Shown here in pieces: positions 8,766 through 18,552 of a stretch of DNA of 64,000 nt. A program made the translations under genes and the position numbers. The stretch's first letter is position 1. Each line of letters begins with the position of its first letter. Below the pieces are notes generated by a model. It did not search any database. It saw only the letters and a list, made by a program, of their open reading frames with translations, and was not told the DNA's origin. This stretch comes from Verrucomicrobiales bacterium (lineage in GTDB: Bacteria; Verrucomicrobiota; Verrucomicrobiia; Verrucomicrobiales; DEV007), in assembly GCA_002726915.1 (NCBI GenBank), contig PBSY01000018.1:10391-74390 (forward strand), in the 5' to 3' direction.

Positions 8766-9794
8766 ATGTCTGATCTACGCTCATTTCTTCATCGGACCTT
8801 CGAGAAGTCAGGCGGTGAGATTCCCTTTGAAAATTTTATGGCGATGGCGCTGTACGATCCAAGCTTTGGATACTACTCAGCTGAAATTGAGGATGTAGGC
8901 GGAGAACGTGGTGATTTTGCGACCTCCGCAACGTTGTCAGCAGCGCTGGGTCGAGCCATCGCAAAGTGGCTTAAGGAGGAGCGGGAATATCACGACTGGA
9001 GCGGCGCGTTTCATGTGATCGAAGTAGGGGCGGGGAACGGAGTGCTTGCTCGGGAAATTCTAAAGTCATTCAACTGGTGGAAGCGTCGCGAGGTCCACTA
9101 TCACATCGTCGATGTGTCAGCGCCGCTTCGGCAGAAACAGCAGGCGGTGTTGAAGGGTTTTAAGGTTTTCTGGCACACCAAAATGGAGGAAGCGCTCGAG
9201 GCTGCTGGCAGCAAAGCTTTGATTTTCTCGAATGAGTTGGTCGATGCATTTCCGGCTAAGAGAATGATCTGGAGTCAAATTGAAGGTCATTGGCATGAGG
9301 TGTTTATCGCCTTTGACCGCGAGCGTGGGCTAAGCGAGGTGTTCCGCGCTCTGCCCAAGGGATTCCCCGTCGATCTCTATTCGGCGATGAATCTATCTGA
9401 GCGTCCCCAAGGGCAAAGAGTCGAGATTCAGCCCCTTTACCAACTTTGGTTGGCACATGCAGTTCAGCAGTGGGAGCAAGGTTCCATGTTGACGATCGAT
9501 TATGGGGGTGAAGCGGCTGAGGTTTATCACAGGCGTCCCCACGGAACTGCGAGGGCCTATTTTCAGCAACAGCGATTGGAGGGAGCCGAAATTTATCAGC
9601 GCATTGGAAAGCAGGATCTGACCGTCGATGTGAATTTCACCGATTTGATGAACTGGGGTGGGGAATTAGAACTAGAAAAAGTTGGCTACGAAAAGCAGAC
9701 CGAATTCCTTCATCGCTACGGCGAGGGGAGTGATGTGATGGCGGGCGCCGGGGCGGGCGATGCCTTTCGGGTGCTATCGCAACGGCGGTGGTAG
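8766..9794 (+). CDS. class I SAM-dependent methyltransferase, MidA/NDUFAF7 (DUF185) family
   Basis: IPFENFMAMALYDPSFGYYS N-terminal signature, EVGAGNG SAM motif, NELVDAFP. ATG at 8766 preferred over TTG at 8751. Confidence 0.8.
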   Translation: MSDLRSFLHRTFEKSGGEIPFENFMAMALYDPSFGYYSAEIEDVGGERGDFATSATLSAALGRAIAKWLKEEREYHDWSGAFHVIEVGAGNGVLAREILKSFNWWKRREVHYHIVDVSAPLRQKQQAVLKGFKVFWHTKMEEALEAAGSKALIFSNELVDAFPAKRMIWSQIEGHWHEVFIAFDRERGLSEVFRALPKGFPVDLYSAMNLSERPQGQRVEIQPLYQLWLAHAVQQWEQGSMLTIDYGGEAAEVYHRRPHGTARAYFQQQRLEGAEIYQRIGKQDLTVDVNFTDLMNWGGELELEKVGYEKQTEFLHRYGEGSDVMAGAGAGDAFRVLSQRRW

Positions 9795-9861
9795 CGGGCC
9801 ATCGAGATGGAAGATTGCTTCTGGACAGTCTGCGTAATCGGCCTACGTTTAAATATAACGG

Positions 9862-9933
9862 ATGAATCACACGACAATCAGTACCAAACATTTCGCTCTC
9901 CCGCTCGCTCTTGAGCAGGTGCTGCTGGGCTAG
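9862..9933 (+). CDS. candidate leuA leader peptide (23 aa, MNHTTISTKHFALPLALEQVLLG)
   Basis: Short ORF in the leuA 5' leader. 5 of its last 11 codons are Leu. It is followed by an intrinsic terminator. Confidence 0.3.
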   Translation: MNHTTISTKHFALPLALEQVLLG

Positions 9934-9978
9934 TCTGCCCGGTATTTGTCTTTTTCCTAACTTTTTGACTCCTGCTGA

Positions 9979-10009
9979 AGCGGGTGAATTGCGTCCCGCT
10001 GTTTTTTTT
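9979..10009 (+). terminator. intrinsic terminator / attenuator in the leuA leader
   Basis: AGCGGG (9979-9984) pairs with CCCGCT (9995-10000), followed by G and T8 (10002-10009). It lies only 19 nt before the leuA ATG. Confidence 0.6.
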
Positions 10010-10028
10010 ACATAAAACCCAAAAACCC

Positions 10029-11729
10029 ATGAATCCTGAATCCATTCAGAAGTATCATCCGTTCCCGGTGGTCGACTTGCCCGACCGTCAATGGCCGAAT
10101 CGGACGATTACGAGTGCTCCCATCTGGTGTAGCGTCGATCTTCGTGATGGGAATCAGGCGCTACCGATACCGATGAGCGTGGACGAGAAGATCCGCCTTT
10201 TTGACGAACTGGTGCGCATTGGTTTTAAGCAGATTGAGGTGGGTTTTCCATCGGCAGCGGATACGGAGTTTAATTTCCTTCGGGCACTGGTTGAGCAAGA
10301 TCGCATTCCCGATGACGTGACAGTACAAGTTCTGGTGCAGGCGCGTGAGCATTTGATCCGTCGCACTTTTGAGAGTCTTGAGGGCGTCAAAAAAGCGATC
10401 GTTCATCTCTACAATTCGACATCGCCCCTGCAACGTCGCGTGACTTTTGGTGACGCTTCGAAAGAGAGCATCAAACAGATCGCAGTCGAAGGGGCGCAAC
10501 TGATCAAAGAGCTCGTGCCGACTTTACCCGGCACTGAGATTACTTTGCAGTATTCGCCGGAGAGCTTTTCCGATACCGAGATGGAATACGCGCTGGAAGT
10601 CTGCAATGCGGTTTCGGCCGTTTGGAAACCGAGTCTCGATAAGAAGATTATCCTAAACCTTCCGGCGACAGTGGAGTGGTCTACTCCCAACGTTCATGCC
10701 GATCAAATCGAGTGGTTCTGTCGTCATGTGGATAACAGGGAGAATTCTATTGTCAGTCTTCATACCCATAACGACCGTGGCACTGGCGTTGCCGCAACTG
10801 AATTGGGGTTGATGGCAGGAGCGGATCGGGTAGAAGGAACGTTGTTTGGAAACGGGGAACGTACTGGAAATCTTGATATCGTAATCGTGGCCTTAAACAT
10901 GAGCAGCCATGGTATTGGGACTGGGCTTGACTTTGCTGATCTTTCATCCATTCGCCAGATTTACGAAGAAACGACGCGCATGGAAGTATCGGACCGCCAG
11001 CCATATGCGGGTGAGTTGGTGTTTACTGCTTTTTCAGGAAGCCATCAGGATGCGATCAAAAAAGGCTTTGATCGCCGAGCGAAGGACGTTGCTGAGTCTG
11101 GTGAAGAAGTCCCGTGGGGCGTGCCATATTTGACCATCGACCCGAAAGATATTGGGCGAAGCTATGAAGCGATCATTCGTATCAATAGCCAAAGCGGTAA
11201 GGGTGGAGTCGCTTACGTGCTGGATCGCGAGCATGGCTTTGATCTTCCCAAAACAATGCACCCTCAAGTGGGCAAGTTTGTCTACGATAAGGCTGATGCT
11301 GCCGCCAGGGAACTTAGCAACAGAGAGATTGGCGAGCTTTTCTTCGAGAATTTCGTCAATATTGAGACTCCCCTGAGTCTTGAAAAATTCGAACTCGATC
11401 ACTCGGCGGGCGGCGCGGGTGAGATGATCTATCATGCTAAAGTGAAGATCGGGCGCGAAGAGGTAGAAGGCACCGGGAAGGGTAACGGGACCATTAATGC
11501 TTTTGTGAATTTTCTCGAAGAGGCAGGACGCAAAGACTTTACCGTGACAGACTATCGTAGCCAGGCACTTCGCGGGGGTTCGGATGCGGACTCGGCAGCT
11601 TATGTTCAAATCAAACATGTTGATAATGGAACCTTGCTCTGGGGGTGTGGTATCGACCCTTCAATTGAAATGGGGGGTCTGAAGGCGCTCATCTGTGCAT
11701 GGAACTTGCTCCGAAGTTCTAAGTCATGA
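10029..11729 (+). CDS. leuA: 2-isopropylmalate synthase, long (actinobacterial-type) form
   Basis: WCSVDLRDGNQA, EVGFPSA and HTHNDRGTGVA, with a C-terminal regulatory domain. ATG at 10029; the ORF-track start at 9984 would include the terminator. Confidence 0.93.
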   Translation: MNPESIQKYHPFPVVDLPDRQWPNRTITSAPIWCSVDLRDGNQALPIPMSVDEKIRLFDELVRIGFKQIEVGFPSAADTEFNFLRALVEQDRIPDDVTVQVLVQAREHLIRRTFESLEGVKKAIVHLYNSTSPLQRRVTFGDASKESIKQIAVEGAQLIKELVPTLPGTEITLQYSPESFSDTEMEYALEVCNAVSAVWKPSLDKKIILNLPATVEWSTPNVHADQIEWFCRHVDNRENSIVSLHTHNDRGTGVAATELGLMAGADRVEGTLFGNGERTGNLDIVIVALNMSSHGIGTGLDFADLSSIRQIYEETTRMEVSDRQPYAGELVFTAFSGSHQDAIKKGFDRRAKDVAESGEEVPWGVPYLTIDPKDIGRSYEAIIRINSQSGKGGVAYVLDREHGFDLPKTMHPQVGKFVYDKADAAARELSNREIGELFFENFVNIETPLSLEKFELDHSAGGAGEMIYHAKVKIGREEVEGTGKGNGTINAFVNFLEEAGRKDFTVTDYRSQALRGGSDADSAAYVQIKHVDNGTLLWGCGIDPSIEMGGLKALICAWNLLRSSKS

Positions 11730-12391
11730 TTGCCGAAAAGAGAGCAGTGATCTTTGACTTGGACGGGACGCTTCTGGACACGCTCCAAGATCTGGCCGAC
11801 TCAGGAAACGCGGTTCTGCAGGCGCATGGGTTTGAGCCTCATCCGGTGGACGATTATCGGACTTTCATTGGCAACGGGATGATTAATCTGGTTCGTGATA
11901 TTTTTCCTGAAAAGGATCGTCCTGAGGAAGGCGCGGAGACAAATGCAATTCTCGACGAGTATCGTGAGGCGTATGAGCGCAACTGGAAAAACACGACGAA
12001 GCCCTTTTCCGGGATTCCTGAGTTACTTAAGGAAATCCAATCTCTTGGCATCCCGATCGGGGTGATGTCAAACAAAGCTCACGACTTTACTGTGAAGTGC
12101 GTTGAGACGTTTTTGCCCGAGTGGGAATGGCATATTGTTCTCGGAGCTCGTGAAGGAGTGCCTAAAAAACCGGATCCTACAGCGGCTCTGGAGGTGGCTG
12201 CTGCTGCGGGTGCTCTCCCGTCTGACTGCTACTTTATCGGAGACTCCGATGTCGACATGATGACCGCAGTCAATGCAGGTATGCATGCTGTCGGGGTGAG
12301 TTGGGGATTTCGGCCAGTTGATGAATTACTGGAGCACGGGGCGACGAAAATACTCGAAAGACCGGGAGATCTGCTCACTTTGTTGGCTTGA
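11726..12391 (+). CDS. HAD-superfamily phosphatase (phosphoglycolate phosphatase-like)
   Basis: DLDGTLLDT motif I, SNK motif, GDSDVDM motif. ATGA overlap with leuA. Confidence 0.8.
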   Translation: MIAEKRAVIFDLDGTLLDTLQDLADSGNAVLQAHGFEPHPVDDYRTFIGNGMINLVRDIFPEKDRPEEGAETNAILDEYREAYERNWKNTTKPFSGIPELLKEIQSLGIPIGVMSNKAHDFTVKCVETFLPEWEWHIVLGAREGVPKKPDPTAALEVAAAAGALPSDCYFIGDSDVDMMTAVNAGMHAVGVSWGFRPVDELLEHGATKILERPGDLLTLLA

Positions 12392-12518
12392 AGCCGAATG
12401 CCAGATTGTCCAAAAAATACCACGAGCACGGCAGGGACTGTTTTCAGCGTTCAGAATGCACCCGTTTCCCCGATTTCGATCAAGGGACCAACGGGGAGAT
12501 TTGTCTTGGAAGTCCTAC

Positions 12519-13316
12519 TTAGATTTCGACGAACCCTGGAATCGCGTTTTCAAGAAGGTTAGATAGCTGGCGTGAGGCTTGCTGACCGACTTCGATTACT
12601 TCTTCGTGGCTGAGCGTTTTTCCTGACAGTCCGGCACCGAAGTTCGTGAGGCAAGACATAGCGACAACCCGTATTCCCAATGCCCGGGCCTGAATCACTT
12701 CCGGGACAGTTGACATTCCAACAGCGTCGGCGCCAAGAGTGCGTAGCATTCGGATTTCGGCAGGAGTCTCATATTCCGGGCCATTTATCCATGCATAGAC
12801 GCCTTCATAGAGTTTGGTATCCCCTGAATCGGATGCCACGGCTTTAAGTAGTTCGCGGAGTTCGCGTGAATAAGCCTTGGTTTGATCGATGAATTCGGCT
12901 GAGCCAGTCAGCGGAGAGAGCCGAGCGAGATTGAGATGGTCCGACAAGAGCATCCAACGTCCGGGCTTGAAATTGGCATTCACGATTCCGGCGGCGTTTG
13001 TGAGAATAAGAGTCGAAACTCCAAGTTGGTGAAGGAGGCGAACCGGTGCGGCTGCAGTAAAAGCAGAGTGTCCTTCGTAGCAGTGCAATCTTCCTTGGGC
13101 GACGGCTACATTGATCCCGCCGAGGCTGCCGAGATGAAGTCTTCCGGCGTGACCGGGAACGGTGCTAGTAGGTAGCCCTTCAATTTGATCATAGTTGATC
13201 GTTGTGCAATCTGAGAGCGAATCAACAAAGCTGCCCAAACCCGAGCCAAGGATAAGTCCAACTTGTGGGCTGGCAGGTAATGGTTTCTCCGGAAGATGGA
13301 ACTCAGGCAACGGCAT
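12519..13316 (-). CDS. purine nucleoside phosphorylase (PNP/MTAP family 1)
   Basis: ILGSGLG, VPGHAGRL, and GPEYETPAEIRMLRTLGADAVGMSTVPE. ATG at 13316, TTG alternative at 13322. Confidence 0.85.
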   Translation of the reverse strand: MPLPEFHLPEKPLPASPQVGLILGSGLGSFVDSLSDCTTINYDQIEGLPTSTVPGHAGRLHLGSLGGINVAVAQGRLHCYEGHSAFTAAAPVRLLHQLGVSTLILTNAAGIVNANFKPGRWMLLSDHLNLARLSPLTGSAEFIDQTKAYSRELRELLKAVASDSGDTKLYEGVYAWINGPEYETPAEIRMLRTLGADAVGMSTVPEVIQARALGIRVVAMSCLTNFGAGLSGKTLSHEEVIEVGQQASRQLSNLLENAIPGFVEI

Positions 13317-13325
13317 TCTCAATCA

Positions 13326-14270
13326 TTACCGTTTTTTGATCGCGTCGCAAATTTCGAAATAGAGCTTTTCCAGTTCCGGGGTGGGCACACCTGCTCCGCG
13401 TGAAGATGACAGAGGCTTTCCCCAGATGGCTTCTATTTCGACAGGGTTGCCTGCTTTGAAGTCGACCAGGCTGGACGGTTCGTAAGGCCCCATTTCCCTC
13501 GTACCGTTAATATTGGCTTCGGCAAATTCGGGATCGATGTGGTGGCCTTGGGACGCCGCTGTGGCAATGATCTCACGCATGAGAGAGCGCACTCGATCGA
13601 CCAATTCGGGGCTTTCCAGAATCTGACAAGTATCGAGATTTCCGGCTGCTATCGACAAACCGTTAAATGGAACGTTCCATACAAGCTTGCGCCATCGGGC
13701 AAGTCCGAGGTTGGGAAGTTCTCTGCAATCGATTCCGGCGTTTCGAAAAAGTTCAGCAATATCAGTAAGCTGCCCGCTGGTTGTGAGTTCCCCCAATTCC
13801 ACCCTTCCGTGTGCAAGGTGACGAATCACCCCAGGATTTCCGCGGTTGATACACACAAAACACATACCTCCAAAGATAGGATGGGCCGGAAAAAGTTGGT
13901 GAAGAAGCGATTCGTTTCCAAGGCCATTCTGGAGCGTCAGGATTCGGGTATCGGTCTTTAATAGGGGAGCTATAAGATCGGGCAGCGCATCATTTGAAGT
14001 TGTTTTTAGCGCAATGATAACGAGATCAACGGGACCGATTTTCTCGCTTGACCCGAATGCTTGCACCTTCTCAATACAGAAACCGCCGTTTGGACTCTCG
14101 ATCACCAGTCCGTCCTTCTGAACTTTTTTGAGATCGCTGCGCATCAGGAAGGAGACATCCTCATTCCGAGCAAGGCAGGCGCCGTAGTAGCCGCCGACCG
14201 AACCCGCTCCAACAATGGCAATTCTTTTGATCGATTTCACTTCTTTGAGATACGGCTGTTTCTCAGGCAA
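13326..14270 (-). CDS. panE: 2-dehydropantoate 2-reductase (ApbA/PanE family)
   Basis: IAIVGAGSVGG Rossmann motif and a C-terminal ketopantoate reductase-like region. The start is uncertain: TTG at 14270 or GTG at 14240. Confidence 0.78.
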   Translation of the reverse strand: MPEKQPYLKEVKSIKRIAIVGAGSVGGYYGACLARNEDVSFLMRSDLKKVQKDGLVIESPNGGFCIEKVQAFGSSEKIGPVDLVIIALKTTSNDALPDLIAPLLKTDTRILTLQNGLGNESLLHQLFPAHPIFGGMCFVCINRGNPGVIRHLAHGRVELGELTTSGQLTDIAELFRNAGIDCRELPNLGLARWRKLVWNVPFNGLSIAAGNLDTCQILESPELVDRVRSLMREIIATAASQGHHIDPEFAEANINGTREMGPYEPSSLVDFKAGNPVEIEAIWGKPLSSSRGAGVPTPELEKLYFEICDAIKKR

Positions 14271-14406
14271 GGCAACGTTCTACTCAAAAGAAGAGAAGGT
14301 GGGCGGGAAAATCCGATCGCGGAGTTACTGCGTAACCTCTCAGCACTATTCGGCCAACATTTTTGCGTGTCTTTTGATGTAAACCTGCCACGCTTCGACA
14401 CTTCGT

Positions 14407-16728
14407 ATGAAATCAGCCCCCAACCGTTCCTCGGAAGAAGTGAACGCCCAGCCTCCTGAAGCGCACACCGGAATTTCCGTTTCGAAGCCCAAAGCCTACG
14501 CTGCCGGGGTGGCAGCAGTCGCTTCTTCCCTCAAGCATGTCTTCGGTCTTGCCGGACTGAAGCGTGGGGCAGAGGGAATGGCAAAGCTGAATCAAAAAGG
14601 TGGATTCGATTGCCCGTCCTGCGCCTGGCCTGATCCCGATGATCACCGGGCGGCGACGGAGTTCTGCGAAAATGGAGCTAAGGCGCTGGCTTCAGAAACA
14701 ACAAAGTGCCAAGTGAATCCTGCCTTTTTCCAGAAGTATTCGGTCGCAGAAATTTCGCGTGAGTCGGATTATTGGATGGAGCAGCAGGGGAGGTTGACAG
14801 ATCCGATGGTGTTGCGACCGGGATCAACTCACTACGAGACGATTGATTGGGAGGAAGCGTTTCAACTAATTGGGAAGGAACTTAATTCTCTTGACGATCC
14901 TAATGAGGCAGTTTTCTACACGTCTGGTCGCACTGTCAATGAGAGCGCATTTTTGTATGGCTTGTTTGTCAGGATGTTCGGGACGAATAATCTTCCTGAC
15001 TGTTCTAATATGTGTCACGAGTCGAGCGGAGCTGCTCTCGGTTCTTCCATAGGCGTCGGTAAAGGAACTGTGACTTTGAAAGATATTGAGTCGGCAGAAA
15101 CGATTCTCGTGGTCGGTCAAAATCCTGGGACTAATCACCCGCGAATGTTATCCGCGCTCCAAAAGTCGGTTCGCAACGGAGCCGAAATCCTTGCCGTGAA
15201 CCCGATGAAGGAGGCCGGTTTGGTTGGTTTTGCGCATCCGCAGGAAATCTCTGGCATGATGGGAATTTCGACGCCGCTGACAAGCCAGTTTCTCCGGGTA
15301 AAAGTGAACGGTGACTTCGCTCTCTTCCGGGGTTTGAATAAGGCGTTAATTGATCTTGAAGAGAAGGCGCCGGGAAGTGTGTTCGATGCGGTCTTCCTCG
15401 AGCAATATACCCAGGGTCTTGATCCTTTCCTCGAAACGGTGCGAACGACGGAATGGGACTTAATTGAAGAGCATTCTGGGTTGTCTGAGGACGCTATCAG
15501 GCAGGCAGCCAATGCCATCGCCCGTGGCGAACGGAAGGTGATTACATGTTGGGCGATGGGCCTGACACAGCATCACAATGCGGTCTCTACAATTCGAGAG
15601 GTAGTGAATCTTCACCTCTTGCTGGGGGCTTTGGGGCGCGATGGAGCTGGGCTCTGCCCCGTGCGTGGGCACAGTAATGTCCAAGGAGACCGGACTATGG
15701 GTATCTTTGAGAAAATGCCTGAGTGGTTTCATGATGCGATCGACCGTGAGTTCGGTTTCACCTCGCCGCGTGAGGTGGGTTATGATGTGGTAAATTCAAT
15801 TCGGGCGATGCACGAAAAGAAGGCATCCGTTTTCATTGCGATGGGAGGCAACTTTTTGCAGGCTACACCTGATACGGACTACACTGCTGAGGCTTTAAAA
15901 AACTGCTCATTAACGGTTCACGTCTCGACAAAATTGAACCGGAGTCATGTCGTCACCGGCGAGACAGCGCTAATTCTTCCCTGCCTCGGTCGCAGTGAAC
16001 GGGATCTTGCTGAAGACGGAAAGATTCAGTTTGCCACGGTTGAGAACTCCATGAGCGTGGTTCATCAAAGCCGAGGAACGATGGAGCCGGCTTCGGTTGA
16101 TCTCTTGAGCGAAGCGATGATTGTAGGACGAATGGCTGCAGCGACCCTTCGAGAAAAAGCGACCTTCGATTTTGTCGAGGTTGCAAAAGAAAATCGAAAG
16201 ATCAGAGAGTTGATTGAAAGAACGGTTCCGGGTTTTGAAAACTTCAATGATCGAGTTGAGGAGCCTGGCGGCTTCTATCTTCGAAACGCGGCGAAAGAAC
16301 GTATTTTTAAAACGGCGTCAGGGTCAGCCGAATTTTCCAGTGATTCCCTTCACCAAGCCACCCTTGATGACGGCGAGCTGATGCTGATGACGGTGCGAAG
16401 CCATGATCAATTCAACACCACTGTTTATGGCCTGCACGATCGTTATCGTGGCATACACAACGAGCGTCGCATCCTTTTTATAAATCCTGAGGATATGGAG
16501 GAGCGCAATCTGAAACCTCTACAGGAGATCAGTGTTCGCAATGAGAGCGGCGGCCGCGTTCGAGAGGTTTTTCGGTTTTTAGCGATTCCGTATGAACTCC
16601 CGCGGAAGGCTGTGGCTGGCTACTTTCCAGAATTGAATCCGCTGGTGCCGATAGATCTGACGGCTGCAATTTCTAACACACCCTGCTCGAAGTCGATCCC
16701 CGTTACCATTTCTCCCATGGGAAAATAA
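14407..16728 (+). CDS. FdhF/YdeP family molybdopterin oxidoreductase
   Basis: N-terminal GGFDCPSCAWPD Cys cluster, an MGLTQH-type molybdopterin domain, ~770 aa as in YdeP. No in-frame TGA. Confidence 0.85.
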   Translation: MKSAPNRSSEEVNAQPPEAHTGISVSKPKAYAAGVAAVASSLKHVFGLAGLKRGAEGMAKLNQKGGFDCPSCAWPDPDDHRAATEFCENGAKALASETTKCQVNPAFFQKYSVAEISRESDYWMEQQGRLTDPMVLRPGSTHYETIDWEEAFQLIGKELNSLDDPNEAVFYTSGRTVNESAFLYGLFVRMFGTNNLPDCSNMCHESSGAALGSSIGVGKGTVTLKDIESAETILVVGQNPGTNHPRMLSALQKSVRNGAEILAVNPMKEAGLVGFAHPQEISGMMGISTPLTSQFLRVKVNGDFALFRGLNKALIDLEEKAPGSVFDAVFLEQYTQGLDPFLETVRTTEWDLIEEHSGLSEDAIRQAANAIARGERKVITCWAMGLTQHHNAVSTIREVVNLHLLLGALGRDGAGLCPVRGHSNVQGDRTMGIFEKMPEWFHDAIDREFGFTSPREVGYDVVNSIRAMHEKKASVFIAMGGNFLQATPDTDYTAEALKNCSLTVHVSTKLNRSHVVTGETALILPCLGRSERDLAEDGKIQFATVENSMSVVHQSRGTMEPASVDLLSEAMIVGRMAAATLREKATFDFVEVAKENRKIRELIERTVPGFENFNDRVEEPGGFYLRNAAKERIFKTASGSAEFSSDSLHQATLDDGELMLMTVRSHDQFNTTVYGLHDRYRGIHNERRILFINPEDMEERNLKPLQEISVRNESGGRVREVFRFLAIPYELPRKAVAGYFPELNPLVPIDLTAAISNTPCSKSIPVTISPMGK

Positions 16729-16742
16729 TTGGGGATCTGAAG

Positions 16743-16973
16743 TCAGGCCACCTTGCCGAGGAATACTCGGTATTCGGTTTCGGAGCAGATAAAAGTCTGC
16801 ACCGTCAAGGCCAGCTCGAGCAGGAATTCGTGGAGTTCTACCGGGTCGTGGTCGGCAATGAGCCAGAACGACTCGTCGATTTGAGTTGAGGCGGCCCTGA
16901 GTGCAATCGCTGGATGAGTTAGATGAGGCTCCAACTCTCTCAAATCGATAATGTTGTGGGTGATATCTTTCAT
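16743..16973 (-). CDS. DUF2249-like small protein
   Basis: [10 protein letters not shown]...[11 protein letters not shown] pattern resembles DUF2249. ATG at 16973 overlaps the fumC stop (ATGA). Confidence 0.55.
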   Translation of the reverse strand: MKDITHNIIDLRELEPHLTHPAIALRAASTQIDESFWLIADHDPVELHEFLLELALTVQTFICSETEYRVFLGKVA

Positions 16974-18367
16974 GACTCGAAGGATCCCACCATGTCGGAG
17001 GGAACGACCCACTCATCGAACTGCTCTTCAGAGAGTAGTTCGAGAGAAAGAGCAGCTTCCTTTAGGGAGATGTTTTCAGTGTGAGCTTTCTTCGCTATTT
17101 TAGCGGCGTTGTCGTACCCGATATGTCGATTAAGAGCCGTCACCAGCATGAGCGAGTTTTTGAGGTGAGATTCGATTCGGCTCTGGTTGGGTTCGATTCC
17201 CACCGCGCAGTTATCGTTGAAGGCGCGACAAGCATCGCTCAGTAACGTTGCTGATTCGAGGAAGGCACTGATCATGACTGGCTTGAAAACATTGAGTTCG
17301 AAATGACCATTAGCGCCGCAAAAGGTAATCGTTGTGTCATTACCCATAACTCGGGCGCACACCATCGTCAGAGCTTCAACTTGGGTTGGATTGACCTTGC
17401 CTGGCATGATCGATGAGCCGGGCTCATTGGCGGGAATCAACAGTTCGCCGATCCCGGAGCGGGGACCCGAAGCAAGAAGACGAATGTCATTAGCGACTTT
17501 AGTCAAAACTACAGCCAGCTGCTTAAGGGCACCGTGAGATTCGACGATAGCATCGTGAGCGGCTAGGGACTCAAATTTGTTAGGCGCGGAAACGAAGGGG
17601 AGATCCGTCAGACTGGCGATATCAGAGGCTACGCTGGTGGCATATCCTTCCGGTGTGTTGAGACCCGTGCCGACGGCTGTACCCCCGAGGGCAAGCTCAG
17701 ACAGGTGAGGAAGCGTATTCCTCAGGGCGCGGAGCCCGTAATCGATTTGAGCAACGTAGCCTGAAAATTCTTGGCCCAGTGTGAGGGGAGTCGCATCCAT
17801 CCAGTGGGTGCGACCGATTTTGACGACTTTGCACATGTCCCGAGATTTCGCTTCCAAGGTGTCTTTAAGGCGACTGATTTCCGGCATTGTTTTTTCTACC
17901 AGCGCTTTGTAAGCGGCGATGTGCATCGCCGTAGGGAAAGTATCGTTTGAAGACTGCGACCGATTCACATCATCGTTGGGATGTATAGTCCGCTCCCCTT
18001 TACCAAGCATGTTTCCCGCGAGCACGTGACAGCGATTCGCAATGACTTCATTCGAGTTCATGTTGGACTGTGTTCCTGACCCCGTCTGCCAGATGACGAG
18101 CGGGAAATGATCATCCAGTTCTCCTGAAATTATTTCGTCGCATGCTCGGGCGATGAGGTCTGCTTTCTCTCGGGTCAGTGCCCCGAGCTTGGCATTGGTC
18201 ATCGCGGCAGCTTTCTTGAGATAGCCGAACGCATGGATGATTTCGATTGGCATTGAGCCTGCTGCTCCAATCGGAAAGTTCTGAATAGATCGCTGAGTTT
18301 GGGCGCCCCAATAGCGGTCTGCTTGAACTTCAATAGTCCCCATGGTGTCGTGTTCAGTCCGGTTCAT
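16970..18367 (-). CDS. fumC: class II fumarate hydratase
   Basis: [13 protein letters not shown] signature and the full-length 465 aa FumC pattern. Confidence 0.95.
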   Translation of the reverse strand: MNRTEHDTMGTIEVQADRYWGAQTQRSIQNFPIGAAGSMPIEIIHAFGYLKKAAAMTNAKLGALTREKADLIARACDEIISGELDDHFPLVIWQTGSGTQSNMNSNEVIANRCHVLAGNMLGKGERTIHPNDDVNRSQSSNDTFPTAMHIAAYKALVEKTMPEISRLKDTLEAKSRDMCKVVKIGRTHWMDATPLTLGQEFSGYVAQIDYGLRALRNTLPHLSELALGGTAVGTGLNTPEGYATSVASDIASLTDLPFVSAPNKFESLAAHDAIVESHGALKQLAVVLTKVANDIRLLASGPRSGIGELLIPANEPGSSIMPGKVNPTQVEALTMVCARVMGNDTTITFCGANGHFELNVFKPVMISAFLESATLLSDACRAFNDNCAVGIEPNQSRIESHLKNSLMLVTALNRHIGYDNAAKIAKKAHTENISLKEAALSLELLSEEQFDEWVVPSDMVGSFES

Positions 18368-18552
18368 CAGGCTAAAAGCTTATTCATTCTTTTTCGAGAA
18401 GACTAGCAGGCGTCGTTAATTCACTGACGGCAGGTTGCGCCTAAATAATTTTACTAGAATACTGACGCGCCGGTCGCGATATCGCTGAGCAGTGACGTGG
18501 GGAATAAAGGACAGGTAGCTTGACGAGGAGCTGTGACTCCGTTGAATGGGGT

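Noticed and set aside
9984-10028. The ORF-track start of leuA at 9984 (MNCVPLFFLHKTQKP...).
   Set aside because: This extension is the translation of the terminator hairpin and T-run. Homology to long-form LeuA begins right after the ATG at 10029.
17188-17202. tRNA T-arm-like sequence TGGGTTCGATTCCCA.
   Set aside because: It lies inside the conserved fumC coding sequence. The flanks give no acceptor, D or anticodon stems. No tRNA gene is supported anywhere in the window.
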